Assembly (NCBI GenBank): GCA_963675595.2
Contig: CAXXLZ010000003.1
Location: 160,001-224,000 of the forward strand
Direction of reading: 5' to 3'
DNA: 64,000 nucleotides
Origin: Thermodesulfobacteriota bacterium
GTDB lineage: Bacteria > Desulfobacterota > Desulfarculia > JACQYL01
The position numbers and the translations under genes were made by a program. Under the pieces are notes generated by a model. The model did no database searches. It was given only the letters and a program-made list of their open reading frames with translations, and had not been told where the DNA came from. Positions 1 through 9,688 of the stretch are shown one piece after another. The stretch's first letter is position 1. Each line of letters starts with the position of its first letter.

Positions 1-81
1 GCATGCCGGTCCGGCGGTTCGCCCTTCTGAGGCAGCCAACCTTGTGGCAACCATCCGGATTTCAGAAGGAAGCATAATCCG

Positions 82-2238
82 ATGATCAGATGCAGAGTTT
101 CCGAGGGAGTGCAATTCCTCGCCGTCATGCTGTCGGTGCTCGCTTCGCTTGTCGCCCCGGGGTTTGCCGTGAGCTCGGCCTTGGCCTCAGGGCCGGTGGT
201 GACGACGGCTGTTGACGAGGACGACGGCTGCGCCGTTGGCGACTGTTCGTTGCGCGAGGCCATCGCCGCCGCCGGTGCCGGTTCCACCATAACGTTTTCC
301 GCCGATTACGCCATTACGCTTTCCAGCGAACTACTGATAGACAAGAACCTGACCATTGACGGCGGAACCCGCGTCATCTCCATCAGCGGTAATGACGCGG
401 TGCGCGTTTTTCACGTTTCCACCGATACTCACGTCACCTTCAAGCATCTGACCATTGCTCACGGCAGGACCGAATACAGGGAGTACTTGGATCAACCCGT
501 CGGCGGCGGCATCAAGATCGAATCGGGTGCCGTGGTCACATTGGCTAACAGCGCCGTCAGCGGCAACATCGCAACATATTACGATGCCGATTGGGATGAC
601 TATTACGGCCTCGGCGGCGGCATCTTCAACCTGGGCACGCTGACGGTGATCGGGACCACCTTTTCGGACAACGTCGCAGCTGCCAGTTCCGGATATGGCT
701 TCGGCGAAGGTGGCGCAATCTTCAACCTGGGCATGCTGAGGGTGACGGATTGCTCTTTCTCCGACAACGCGGCAACTGCGGGGGCCGCACTCATCAACAG
801 AAGCGGCGCGACGATGAACGTTGAAGGCAGTATCTTCTCGGGCAACTCGGCTCCCTGCGGCGGAGGCGCCGTCAGCAACAGCGGCACGGCGACCGTCGGC
901 GGCAGCATGATAGCGAACAACCTGTCACCCGGCGAATGGTGCGACGGCGGCGCCGCCGGCATCGAAAACAATCATGGAACGATGGAAGTGAGCCGCTCGA
1001 TGATCTCCGAGAACATAGGTGACTATAACACGGGCGGTCTCAGTAACTACCAGGGTGAGTTGACCGTGACGGACAGCACCATCGCCGATAATATCGGCGG
1101 GAAGGGAGGAGGTATCTACAACTGGTGGGGCGCTACGCTGACCGTGACCGGCTGCGGCATCCACAACAATGCATCGGGCAGCTTCGGCGGCGGGATCCTC
1201 AACGGCCCCGACCAAGGGGCGCGGTTGACCGTGGTGAACAGCACCATTACCAACAACACGGCCCCGCAGGGCGGCGGTATCTACAACGGCTATCCCGGCC
1301 CCTATGCCAATGCGGTCCTCACCCTGACCAACAGCACGGTGGTCGGCAACACGGCCGATGACAACGGCGGCGGCATCTGCAACGCGAACGCCTCTCCCAA
1401 CGTGACCAACAGCATCCTTTGGAACAACACCGCGCCCGCAGGCCCGCAAATCTATAACTCCACCACCAATATCCCCGGCATCCGCAACAGCGACATCCAA
1501 GGGTCCGGCGGTTCGGGCCTGGGGTGGGACGCCGCGCTGGGCACCGACGGGGGCGGCAACCTCGACCAGTCACCCGTGCTCGGCCCCCTGGCCGATAACG
1601 GCGGATATACCATGACGCATGCCCTCCCGTCCGGCTCCCCTGCAGTGGACACGGCCGATGCCGCGGCGTGTCCGGCAACGGACCAGCGCGGTGTGGCCCG
1701 GCCGCAAGGATCAGGGTGCGACATGGGCGCGTTTGAAGAAGGGCCTGCTGAAATGGAAGTACTCGGACTGAACGACGCCGTCATCCTCAATGGCGATACC
1801 ACCCCCATGATCGGCGACGGCACCAATTTCGGCGAGGCATTGGCCGGAAGTGAGGAAATCACCCGGAGCTTTACCATCAGCAACATCGGCGGAGCGGCAT
1901 TAAACCTGACCGGTACACCTTTGGTGACCATCGCCGGAGCGCAAGCCAAAGATTTCAGCTTGGTGCTTTTCCCCACAACCCCGGTAGCCCCCGTGAGTGC
2001 AACTACTTTTCAAATTCGGTTTGCGCCTTCGGGCGTGGGCGTGCGAACGGCGACTTTGACCATCGGCAGCAACGACGACGATGAGAACCCGTACTCCTTC
2101 CGCATTCAGGGAACGGGCACCGATGAGCCTTTCGACCCCGCTTTGATGGCGGCAATCATCTCTGCAGTACATCGTGCGAAGAAGAGCCAACGAGTGGGTC
2201 TGTTGGAGCCCTCGACCAGGAAGAATGGGTCCTGGTGA
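82..2238 (+). CDS. Secreted CSLREA-domain / parallel beta-helix (choice-of-anchor Q) protein with C-terminal Ig-like (choice-of-anchor D) domain
   Basis: Signal peptide; literal CSLREAI motif; many GGGIxN repeats; 'LGPLADNGGYTMTHALPSGSPAVD...TDQRG..RPQG..CDMGAFE'; Ig-like 'FTISNIG..LNL..G.R.ATLTIGSND.DENPY.F'. Confidence 0.85.
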   Translation: MIRCRVSEGVQFLAVMLSVLASLVAPGFAVSSALASGPVVTTAVDEDDGCAVGDCSLREAIAAAGAGSTITFSADYAITLSSELLIDKNLTIDGGTRVISISGNDAVRVFHVSTDTHVTFKHLTIAHGRTEYREYLDQPVGGGIKIESGAVVTLANSAVSGNIATYYDADWDDYYGLGGGIFNLGTLTVIGTTFSDNVAAASSGYGFGEGGAIFNLGMLRVTDCSFSDNAATAGAALINRSGATMNVEGSIFSGNSAPCGGGAVSNSGTATVGGSMIANNLSPGEWCDGGAAGIENNHGTMEVSRSMISENIGDYNTGGLSNYQGELTVTDSTIADNIGGKGGGIYNWWGATLTVTGCGIHNNASGSFGGGILNGPDQGARLTVVNSTITNNTAPQGGGIYNGYPGPYANAVLTLTNSTVVGNTADDNGGGICNANASPNVTNSILWNNTAPAGPQIYNSTTNIPGIRNSDIQGSGGSGLGWDAALGTDGGGNLDQSPVLGPLADNGGYTMTHALPSGSPAVDTADAAACPATDQRGVARPQGSGCDMGAFEEGPAEMEVLGLNDAVILNGDTTPMIGDGTNFGEALAGSEEITRSFTISNIGGAALNLTGTPLVTIAGAQAKDFSLVLFPTTPVAPVSATTFQIRFAPSGVGVRTATLTIGSNDDDENPYSFRIQGTGTDEPFDPALMAAIISAVHRAKKSQRVGLLEPSTRKNGSW

Positions 2239-2480
2239 AGGCACGCGCTTCTGTCCGGAGCGGAAGATTGGGATTGTGAAGGAGGCGGATTGCAGAATCG
2301 GCACAGTTGGTGAGTCGCGCCGGCTGCACGGTATTTATGAACAAACGTTCTTTGACGGCGAAGGAAAAGCGGAAGACTTTCGATAAGCGAGGCCGGGCGG
2401 CTCAAGGGTCTGGAAAGGGAGAGCACAGGGCTCAAGAGGCTCTTGGCTTAGGGTGAAATCGGGGTCGATGTAAGGAGACT
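2235..2480 (+). pseudogene. Degenerate IS3-family OrfA remnant
   Basis: Across a frameshift and a stop it reads TRFCPERKIGIVKEAD..TVGESRRLHGIYEQTFF / RRRKSGRLSISEAGRLKGLERESTGLKRLLA*, matching the IS3 OrfA HTH plus leucine zipper (compare the intact OrfA at 46774-47055). Confidence 0.7.
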
Positions 2481-2680
2481 TCGAGAAGCTGGAATAGGCG
2501 TGTGAATAGAAATGCCCTCATGATATCATGAAGGGCCTACGCAACGAGCCGAGGCACGTGGTGATTCGCCTCCTGCAAGAATCAGCTTCTGAAGGCCGCA
2601 GGGTTGAGAGCGGGAAATTCGAAATTGCGGCAACCCCCGGATAACACGGGTTGATGGGGCGTCGACCCCAGGGATGCTCC

Positions 2681-3595
2681 ATGCAATCTTTGCGCAGCAG
2701 GAAGGTTGATGATACGCACGCCGTCATCACGACCATTCCGAAAACCACACATACATCGCACGGTGCAATCGAATATGCGACCGTGGGAGCAGGGCCGGTC
2801 GTTCTCGCGCTTCACGGTGGAATGGGAGGGTACGACCAGGGGCTCATTCTCGCTCGTTCGGCATTCGCGGACACCGGCCGTTACCAGGTGATCTCCGTAT
2901 CTCGGCCGGGCTATTTGGGCACTCCGCTCTCTTCGGGCAAGTCCTCCGAAGGGCAGGCCGATCTCTACGCGGAATTGTTGGATGATCTCAACATCGCCCG
3001 GGCTATGGTTATCGCGGTTTCGGCCGGCGGACCAAGCACTCTCCAATTTGCACTGCGTCATCCGCGGAAATGCGCCGGCGTCATTCTCGTTTCGGCCTGC
3101 ACCGGCTGTTTCTCTATACCGCCTGAAGTCTCGCGAAGAATTCCCGTCCTGAAATTCATGGCTCGATTTCCATGGATCACGAAATTCATGCGGCAGCAGG
3201 CCGATCGGAATCCGATCCGCGCCGCGCGCCGTTCCATCCGGGACGAGGCGGTCATGATGCGGACCCTTGAGCATCCCGAGGCAGGGCCGCTGATGCGGGC
3301 GTTGCTGTCAAGCGCCATGGATAAGCCGGCCGCTCGGCTGCCCGGTACGCTGAACGATATGGACTACTTCGAGGTCATGGCCCCCATACCGGTCGCGCAA
3401 ATTGAGGTTCCGATCCTCGTTGTCCACGGAGAGGGCGACCGGGTGGTTCCCTTTGAACATGGGCGGCGAGTGGCCGACGGGGCGCCGAATGCGGAGTTGT
3501 GGGCCATCCGAAACGGCGAGCACGTGAGCCTCTTCACCCACCTGGATGAGATTCGCGCCAAAGCGCATGCCTTCACGGAGCGCTGCTTCTCGTGA
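2681..3595 (+). CDS. Alpha/beta hydrolase
   Basis: HGGMGG oxyanion region, AVSAGG nucleophile elbow, HGEGDRVVP and GEH catalytic Asp/His; start uncertain. Confidence 0.85.
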   Translation: MQSLRSRKVDDTHAVITTIPKTTHTSHGAIEYATVGAGPVVLALHGGMGGYDQGLILARSAFADTGRYQVISVSRPGYLGTPLSSGKSSEGQADLYAELLDDLNIARAMVIAVSAGGPSTLQFALRHPRKCAGVILVSACTGCFSIPPEVSRRIPVLKFMARFPWITKFMRQQADRNPIRAARRSIRDEAVMMRTLEHPEAGPLMRALLSSAMDKPAARLPGTLNDMDYFEVMAPIPVAQIEVPILVVHGEGDRVVPFEHGRRVADGAPNAELWAIRNGEHVSLFTHLDEIRAKAHAFTERCFS

Positions 3596-3947
3596 TCAGG
3601 ACGGAGTAGTCATTCACGGGGGGAACTCGTCTACTGTAGGGGCGGGCCATGGTACCCGCCCAAAGGACGGCCGAAGGCCCACCTGAGCACCTGTGCTCCC
3701 GCACCGGCGGTCCCCCGGCGATCCGGTGATCAATGCAGAATCGGGGACGGATGAGGCACCTATTCACGAGGTCAATACAGCTTGCCTGCAAGCATTGTCA
3801 CCGCTTGGTTTTTCCCGGCCTGGCAAGCCACTTACCGCACGGAGCCTCTCCGCCGGAGGCGGTGAGGCCTGCTTAAAGCTTCTGGGGACCCGCGGGGGGA
3901 ACTATTCTAAAGTTCCCCCCCTTGAATGTATACCGGATGAGGGCTTT

Positions 3948-4298
3948 TTACGGCTCCACCTTCTCGCATTGCGTCATCAGCAGGCGTACCTCGTCGGCGT
4001 TCAGAGGCCGCACCAGGCGCGCCACTTCCTTACCGTCGCGCAACAGGATCAAGGTCGGCCAAAGCTTGACCCGAAACGCACGGCCCAGCGGCTTGCCTTT
4101 TCCGTCGAATACCTTGATATGGGCCAGGTCCGAATACTCGGCCAGCACTTCCCGTAACGCGGGCTGCGCCGCCTGACAGTGCCCGCACCACGGTGCACCG
4201 AATTCGAGGACGGCATCACCGACCAATGCGTTTACCTGCTCGATGGTCGGTTCCTTTTCCGCATAATCCGTGTCCAAACCTGTGAGAATCGTTTGCAT
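3948..4298 (-). CDS. Thioredoxin family protein
   Basis: WCGHC active site, cis-Pro loop WPT. Confidence 0.9.
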   Translation of the reverse strand: MQTILTGLDTDYAEKEPTIEQVNALVGDAVLEFGAPWCGHCQAAQPALREVLAEYSDLAHIKVFDGKGKPLGRAFRVKLWPTLILLRDGKEVARLVRPLNADEVRLLMTQCEKVEP

Positions 4299-4717
4299 GC
4301 CGCTTTCTTTCGCAGAATCGAATGGGTCATGAATCACTTATCCGACGGGGTACCGTCTTCTTTTTGGCTCCCCGTTGGTCCGGTCCGGGGGACATCCATC
4401 ATAAGGAATGTCGTGGGAAAAGCAAAGATTTCCCGTCGCCTGCCGGCATGATGTGAATTATCCGGCACCGCCACACGTACGAGTCCGGGCATGGTTGGTT
4501 GCCGGGGAAAAACCCCTATATGTTATAAATAAGGATGGTATCCCCGGGCTACACACAAGTTGCGAACCCATCCGGTGTCATTGACGATTCTTCGTCTTCA
4601 TAAGATCGAGCATTGGATCATGATCATTGAGTTGAAAAAATGAGAACGATCAATCACACCGGCGGCGGCAGGAGTTCTTTTCGGGTGTGAATCGACGGCC
4701 TCATCGCCGATCGTGGT

Positions 4718-5005
4718 CTAATCCGCCGGCCTCACCTTCATAACGCCGTTCTCTATGATGATGTGGTCGTCGGGGCGCATGTCGATGGTCTGGCCTGTCT
4801 GAGTGAGTGTAAGTCGGCAGCCGGTATCGCAAAAACCGTAAATGGTCGAATCGTCGTAAATCGTACCCTTCAGGCTCTCCCCGTTGCCGACCACCTCGTA
4901 ATCGTACGGGTACGAGTCTCCGTTTTGAAACGTGCCGGCCAGGGATGTTCTCGCCGCCGAAAGACACAGAACAGCCACGGCGCAAACAAGGATCACTCTT
5001 GTCAT
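4718..5005 (-). CDS. Small secreted hypothetical protein
   Basis: GGAGG before ATG; signal peptide MTRVILVCAVAVLCLSAARTSLA; CxxxC. Confidence 0.65.
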   Translation of the reverse strand: MTRVILVCAVAVLCLSAARTSLAGTFQNGDSYPYDYEVVGNGESLKGTIYDDSTIYGFCDTGCRLTLTQTGQTIDMRPDDHIIIENGVMKVRPAD

Positions 5006-5151
5006 AAGGCCTCCATGTGGGGAAATGGGGACGTGCGGAAAAGGGAACGGGGTTGATTTCGTGCGTTTCCATTCTTCAACGGACAAATCCATGATCCGAA
5101 GCAATCCGTCCGCCTCTGCCGGCGGCGCGGCCGACTGCAGAGGCGCTTACC

Positions 5152-5350
5152 TCAACTTCCTTTGCCGCTTCGGTTCGGGCTCGAAGCCCACGCAGTAAAG
5201 GGCGTTGCGGTCTCAACCGGCAGCTTCGTCGGGCGATCGACAAACCAAATTCCGTCGGTATCGTCACGGAAAATGTTACGCCGATCCATTCCTCGGCAGA
5301 CGACGCGGTGCAACGTCTCCCGACGCGTCAATGGGTGCTTCTTGCGGCAT
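5152..5350 (-). pseudogene. RAYT / Y1 (IS200-like) transposase N-terminal remnant
   Basis: MPQEAPIDASG then +1 shift TLHRVVCRGMDRRNIFRDDTD..FVDR...ETATPFTAWASSPN, matching the RAYT start MPRxARIDxPGxLHHVxxRGxxRxxIFxDDxD...YAWxLMPNH; HUH motif lost. Confidence 0.7.
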
Positions 5351-5473
5351 GAGTCGGTTGTATCATGGACGATGAAACGAAGAAACGCACAAACTCAGCA
5401 CCGTGCCTCCTTTCTATTGGAGCCGTTACCGAGTTTTGTCACGTTAATCAACAACGTGCCCTGACCCACAAAC

Positions 5474-5512
5474 AAAACGACCCGCCCAACATGCGTTTGG
5501 ACGGGTTCGTTT
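5474..5512 (-). terminator. Hairpin/terminator downstream of tmRNA
   Basis: AAAACGA-CCCG-CCCAA...TTGG-ACGGG-TTCGTTTT imperfect inverted repeat just past the ssrA 3' end. Confidence 0.6.
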
Positions 5513-5524
5513 TATTATATTAAA

Positions 5525-5879
5525 TGGTGGAGGCGGCGGGAGTCGAACCCGCGTCCGAGAACCTTCCGTTTAAGCGTCTACATGCTTGTCTCCCGATTTA
5601 AGCTGACGAAGCAGGACTCCCGGGAACCGGATTCCTGATTCGCGGGTCCATCTGTTGTTTCGCCTCCCGGCCGGTGGACAAACCGTTCGGCTATCCCGCT
5701 GATCGGCGTCCTTTCCCGCTCCGCGGGAGAGAGCGGGGAGGACGTCTGACTATTTACGCAGCCAGAGCGTATTCGTAATTATCGGCATTTGTATTTGATG
5801 CCCCGCGCAGTTTACGAGCGCACGAGAACTCGGCATGCAACCTAAACTTCACTGTCCCCGTCGAAGCCGTTTCGCCCCC
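5525..5879 (-). ncRNA. ssrA: tmRNA (transfer-messenger RNA)
   Basis: 5' GGGGGCGAAACGGCTTCGACGGGG; 3' GCGGGTTCGACTCCCGCCGCCTCCACCA; tag frame ending ADNYEYALAA-stop. Confidence 0.97.
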
Positions 5880-5973
5880 TTGAATTGCCGTGGGTTCGTT
5901 TCTTGATTCGAAGCTGAAAAAGGACCCAACCCAAATAAACCACGAACTTTTTTCCGGTAAATCCTCAAAGAGT

Positions 5974-6002
5974 AAAATAGTGATCCCAAGGGTCGATGTC
6001 AA
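5974..6002 (-). promoter_or_regulatory. Sigma-70 promoter of ssrA
   Basis: TTGACA-17 nt-TATTTT on minus strand ~95 nt upstream of the mature 5' end. Confidence 0.65.
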
Positions 6003-6160
6003 CTTCCACGGGCAAGGCCCGCATTCGATTCACGGGAGCCCGCCGCGCCGCGGGATTGGATGTTGACGCAGCTTTCCCGGATTGATAAGCGCATCGAGAG
6101 GGATGAAGCTGTGAACGGCGTATCCTTGGCGTTGACAATCGAGGGAGAGGAAGGGAAGGC

Positions 6161-7456
6161 ATGAAAAGAACGGTGGCGGGTGTGATCCTGTTGTGCGCGG
6201 CGGCCATATTGGGGGGGTGCGGCAGTGAAGACGATATGCGGAAAGCAGGCGTTCTCGACAAGTCATTTAATCCGCCTCTGGGATATGCGCTTTACAGCGG
6301 CGAGGCGGGAGACCGGGACCGGGGAATCGAAACGGCCGTTACCCTCGACGACGGGATTGTGGTGATGGGGTACACCCGGACGGACCAAGGCAACGACATT
6401 CTGCTCCTCAAGTATCGGCCTGACGGGACCCCTGATCCCCTGTTCGGGAACAACGGCGTGGTCCGGTACGATCACCTCGGTGGAGGGGACCAACTGGGCT
6501 TCGGACTGGCCGTCCAGGACGACGGCAGGATCGTGGTGGCCGGACGGTCACACAACGGGACCGATTTCGACGTCTTGGTGGTGCGTTTCAACGCGGACGG
6601 CTCCCTGGATACGGGGTTCGGGGAGAACGGCGCGGTGATTTGGGCCGGTCCGGGAGGCGGAACGGACACGGGTCGTGGAGTGGCGCTCCAGGCCGACGGC
6701 AAGATCGTGGTGGCCTGCGAAAGCTTCACGGACCCGGACAAGGATGCGGTGCTGCTGAGGTTCAATCCCAACGGCGTCTTGGACGACGCTTTCGCCGAGA
6801 ACGGCTCCTTTTTCTATGGGGGGAGCGGCCCTGGGGATGACTGGGGATTTGATGCGGTCGTCCAACCCGACGGGAAACTCGTTATGACCGGCGGGGTCAC
6901 CAACGACGGCAAGGAGGACGTGCTGCTCCTGAGGCTGAATCCCGACGGAACCTTGGACCCGCTCTTCGGCCTCGGCGGAGTGGTCGCCCATCAGGGTACG
7001 GGTGACCAAGAAGACTACGGCAACGCGGTGCGGCTGCAGGCCGACGGAAAAATCATCGTCATTGGAGCCGAGCACAACGGGGAACACTTCGACATCGTCA
7101 TCCTGCGCTACGACCCCGACGGCGTGTTGGACCCGACTTTCGGCACGGAAGGCGTGGTGATTGTAGATCGGGGCGGGTATGACTACGCTTGGGGAGGGGC
7201 GGTTCAGGCCGACGGCCGGATTCTGGCGGCCGGATCGTCCTTTGACGGCGAAAGCGAAAACGGCGTAGTGCTGCGGCTCAACTCGGACGGGTCACCCGAT
7301 GCCGGTTTCGGTTCCGACGGTCTCTTTCGGTTCTACGGTCCTTCGGAAGACCGCATCTACGGAGTGGCCCTGCAAAACGACGGCGGGATCGTGGGAACCG
7401 GCTACACGCACGACGAAATCGGTGATGACGTTCTGGTCTTCCGCCTATTCGATTGA
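6161..7456 (+). CDS. Lipoprotein with delta-60 repeats (beta-propeller)
   Basis: Lipobox ILGGC; about 7 repeats of 'VAVQxDGKIVV.G...D..LLRxNPDGxLDxxFG'. Confidence 0.9.
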   Translation: MKRTVAGVILLCAAAILGGCGSEDDMRKAGVLDKSFNPPLGYALYSGEAGDRDRGIETAVTLDDGIVVMGYTRTDQGNDILLLKYRPDGTPDPLFGNNGVVRYDHLGGGDQLGFGLAVQDDGRIVVAGRSHNGTDFDVLVVRFNADGSLDTGFGENGAVIWAGPGGGTDTGRGVALQADGKIVVACESFTDPDKDAVLLRFNPNGVLDDAFAENGSFFYGGSGPGDDWGFDAVVQPDGKLVMTGGVTNDGKEDVLLLRLNPDGTLDPLFGLGGVVAHQGTGDQEDYGNAVRLQADGKIIVIGAEHNGEHFDIVILRYDPDGVLDPTFGTEGVVIVDRGGYDYAWGGAVQADGRILAAGSSFDGESENGVVLRLNSDGSPDAGFGSDGLFRFYGPSEDRIYGVALQNDGGIVGTGYTHDEIGDDVLVFRLFD

Positions 7457-7490
7457 TCGGGTCGAAACCAACCCCCGAACGGACGCAACC

Positions 7491-7555
7491 AAGGGCTTCG
7501 GTGATTTCGCCTAAGCCCTTGATTTTCTGTGGTGGGCCATCAAGGAAGCGAACCT
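7491..7555. repeat. att-like duplicate of the tRNA-Lys 3' end plus downstream hairpin
   Basis: aagggcttcgg..gcctaagccctt..tggtgggccatcaagga.cgaacc repeats 8820-8883. Confidence 0.85.
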
Positions 7556-7842
7556 CCAAAAGGCTTGGCATGGCCGACGCCGACGACACCGACAACATCG
7601 TGGATAAGGATAGGGAGGACTGGAGTCGATCTTTGGGGTCGATTCATTGCACGTGCCTGAAACGGCTCAATACTTCTGCGACATAAATCCGCGGTAGGCC
7701 TCCGGATCGTGTTGGAGAACCCACCTTGGCAGTCGTGGCTTGCCGGCTCATTCCTCGGGAATTGCGCGCCCTACCTGTCATCCGTTTCGGTTGATGCACA
7801 GTTCGAACCGGCAAACACGCTTGAAGTCACCAAAAGCGGCAC

Positions 7843-7984
7843 GGGAGTTGGGCATAAGACCATCGCATTACCCGAAAGGTGTTCGCACCTGGCCCCGGAT
7901 AATGTGCGGGAAGCCGCCAAGCTGTTCGACAAACCCCAGGCCCGGGAAGTGGAAGTTTTTCCTTTAATGGGTGACGCCGAATGA
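7843..7984 (+). pseudogene. Tyrosine integrase C-terminal remnant
   Basis: GHKTIALPERCSHLAPDNVREAA matches the box II pattern LGHxxxxMTxRYxHL, with catalytic Tyr replaced by Cys. Confidence 0.6.
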
Positions 7985-7989
7985 TTGGC

Positions 7990-8011
7990 AATATACCTTT
8001 TTAGGTATATT
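7990..8011. promoter_or_regulatory. Palindromic operator upstream of the toxin gene
   Basis: AATATACCT-TTTT-AGGTATATT perfect 9-bp inverted repeat overlapping TTGGCA/TATATT-like boxes. Confidence 0.7.
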
Positions 8012-8293
8012 ATGCCGACATGGGAAGTAAGGCTGACTCGACGGGCCGAAAAACAGACCAAGGAACTTCCTCAAAGGGTTCGAGAATCCCTTTTCGTCCT
8101 GCTTCGGGACATGGAATGTTACGGGCCGGTGCGGGGAAAATGGCCCAATTACGGCAAGCTGGATGCTTCCCGGCATCATTGCCGCTTGAAAGGCGGAAAG
8201 CCCACGTATGTTGCCGTGTGGGAAGTTCGGGACAGGACCGTCCGGTTGATTGAGGTGATCTATGTTGGAACGCACGAAAAAGCGCCCTACTGA
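8012..8293 (+). CDS. RelE/HigB-superfamily toxin
   Basis: WEVRLTRRAEKQ...NYGKL...HHCRL...YVAVW...IEVIYVGTHEKAPY; basic ~93 aa; upstream of an HTH antitoxin. Confidence 0.8.
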   Translation: MPTWEVRLTRRAEKQTKELPQRVRESLFVLLRDMECYGPVRGKWPNYGKLDASRHHCRLKGGKPTYVAVWEVRDRTVRLIEVIYVGTHEKAPY

Positions 8294-8615
8294 AGAAATT
8301 GAGCTTAGATTCCGTGGTCCGGCCGCACTCCGGGAAGAGGCGGCTCGAAGCCTGAAGGCTCTTGGATTCGTGGACCTGTCGGAAACCGTGCCTTGGCGGG
8401 AGGCCTTCCCGGAGTTCACGGCCGAGGAAGGGCCGGGGATTGTCCTTCGTGCCGTTCGTCGGCGAGAGGGCTTGACGCAAAAAGAACTCGCGGAGCGTTC
8501 GGGGATCGCACAGGCTCACATTTCAGAAATGGAACGAGGGAAAATCGCCATCGGCGTGACACGTGCCAAGCGACTGAGCAAAGTCCTTAACGTGGGATAC
8601 AAGATTTTCCTTTGA
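8262..8615 (+). CDS. HigA-like XRE-family HTH antitoxin
   Basis: LRAVRRREGLTQKELAERSGIAQAHISEMERGK HTH_3; overlaps toxin gene. Confidence 0.85.
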   Translation: MLERTKKRPTEEIELRFRGPAALREEAARSLKALGFVDLSETVPWREAFPEFTAEEGPGIVLRAVRRREGLTQKELAERSGIAQAHISEMERGKIAIGVTRAKRLSKVLNVGYKIFL

Positions 8616-8858
8616 TGCCTTTGTTCAAACGGCAGTAGCGACACGCCGGTGCATTTGATCTTGTAGGATGATGTGACTACGTCTGCGTCGGCATAAGCAC
8701 GTGGCGCAAGACCGGGGCACCAAGAATGGGAGGCCGTCTGAAAATCTGGGTGGTCTTTTCGTTTCCGTATCCGAAAAAAAGTGGGACAGGAGTGGGACGG
8801 ATTCGGGGATGAATCAAAAAAGGGCTTCGGCGAAATTGCCTAAGCCCTTTGATTTCTT

Positions 8859-8934
<76 letters not shown>

Positions 8935-8988
8935 TCGCGGGGGGAGGAAACCTTTCGTTTACCAGTCCCGTCCGAACGATGAATCCTT

Positions 8989-9017
8989 AATATAACCGCG
9001 CCGGTCGTATCAGGCAA
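8989..9017 (-). promoter_or_regulatory. Sigma-70 promoter of tRNA-Lys
   Basis: TTGCCT-17 nt-TATATT. Confidence 0.6.
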
Positions 9018-9133
9018 GGAAAAAATGTTACCTTTTTGCTCTCGGTCGGGTTCCTCTTTTCCGCGTCCATACGCTCATCCTTTCAGGCCCTCGGAGCGGC
9101 GCCGACTCCTCCAATCCATGGGGCCCGCCCTGC

Positions 9134-9688
9134 CTACCAGGGTCGGGGATAAGGCCACTCCGCCGAACCTTTCTTCATGAAGTCCGCGAGTCTCGCCATG
9201 GTATACAGGGCGTCGGACAGGCGGTTCAAGTATTTCAGGATGAACGGGTTGTCGAAGTCTCCTTGATCGTAGGACTCCACCCCTTTTCGTTCGAGACGTC
9301 GAGCGATGGCGCGGGCGAGATCCAGAATGGAACCCGCGCGCGTGTCGCCGGGAACGATGAAGTTTTTGGGCATGGGCACCCGCTCTTGAATACGGCTCAT
9401 AACGTCTTCGAGTCGTTTCACGTGAGAGTGACCGATCCGATGTTTCAACCGGGAGATGTCCTCGGGCATCGAGGCTACCTCGGCTCCGAGCATGAACAGT
9501 TCCTCCTGGGTCCTCCGTACCGATTCCGCCAGTTCTCCAGGGAGACCCACGGCGCGGGCCAATCCCAAAAAGGAGGTCAACTCGTCCACCGTGCCGAGCA
9601 CTGCTTCGCGGATTCCGCTTTTTCTCACCCGCTTGCCTCGCACCAGACCCGTGGTTCCGCCGTCACCCGTTCTTGTTGTTATCGACAT
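9134..9688 (-). CDS. ATP:cob(I)alamin adenosyltransferase, PduO type
   Basis: ITTRTGDGGTT, GTVDEL, ARRLER, YLNRLSDAL motifs. Confidence 0.92.
   Translation of the reverse strand: MSITTRTGDGGTTGLVRGKRVRKSGIREAVLGTVDELTSFLGLARAVGLPGELAESVRRTQEELFMLGAEVASMPEDISRLKHRIGHSHVKRLEDVMSRIQERVPMPKNFIVPGDTRAGSILDLARAIARRLERKGVESYDQGDFDNPFILKYLNRLSDALYTMARLADFMKKGSAEWPYPRPW

Larger units (their letters stand above)
7530..8858. mobile_element. Decayed integrative mini-island at tRNA-Lys (integrase tail + toxin-antitoxin)
   Basis: Flanked by the tRNA 3' end and its duplicate; contains a tyrosine recombinase tail and a TA pair. Confidence 0.7.

Noticed and set aside
4655-4680. Possible ssrA att duplicate (ggcggcggcaggagt)
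   Set aside because: Match to the tmRNA 3' end is too short and gapped
5754-6002. 82-aa ORF ending ADNYEYALAA
   Set aside because: It is the tmRNA tag frame extended upstream, not an independent gene
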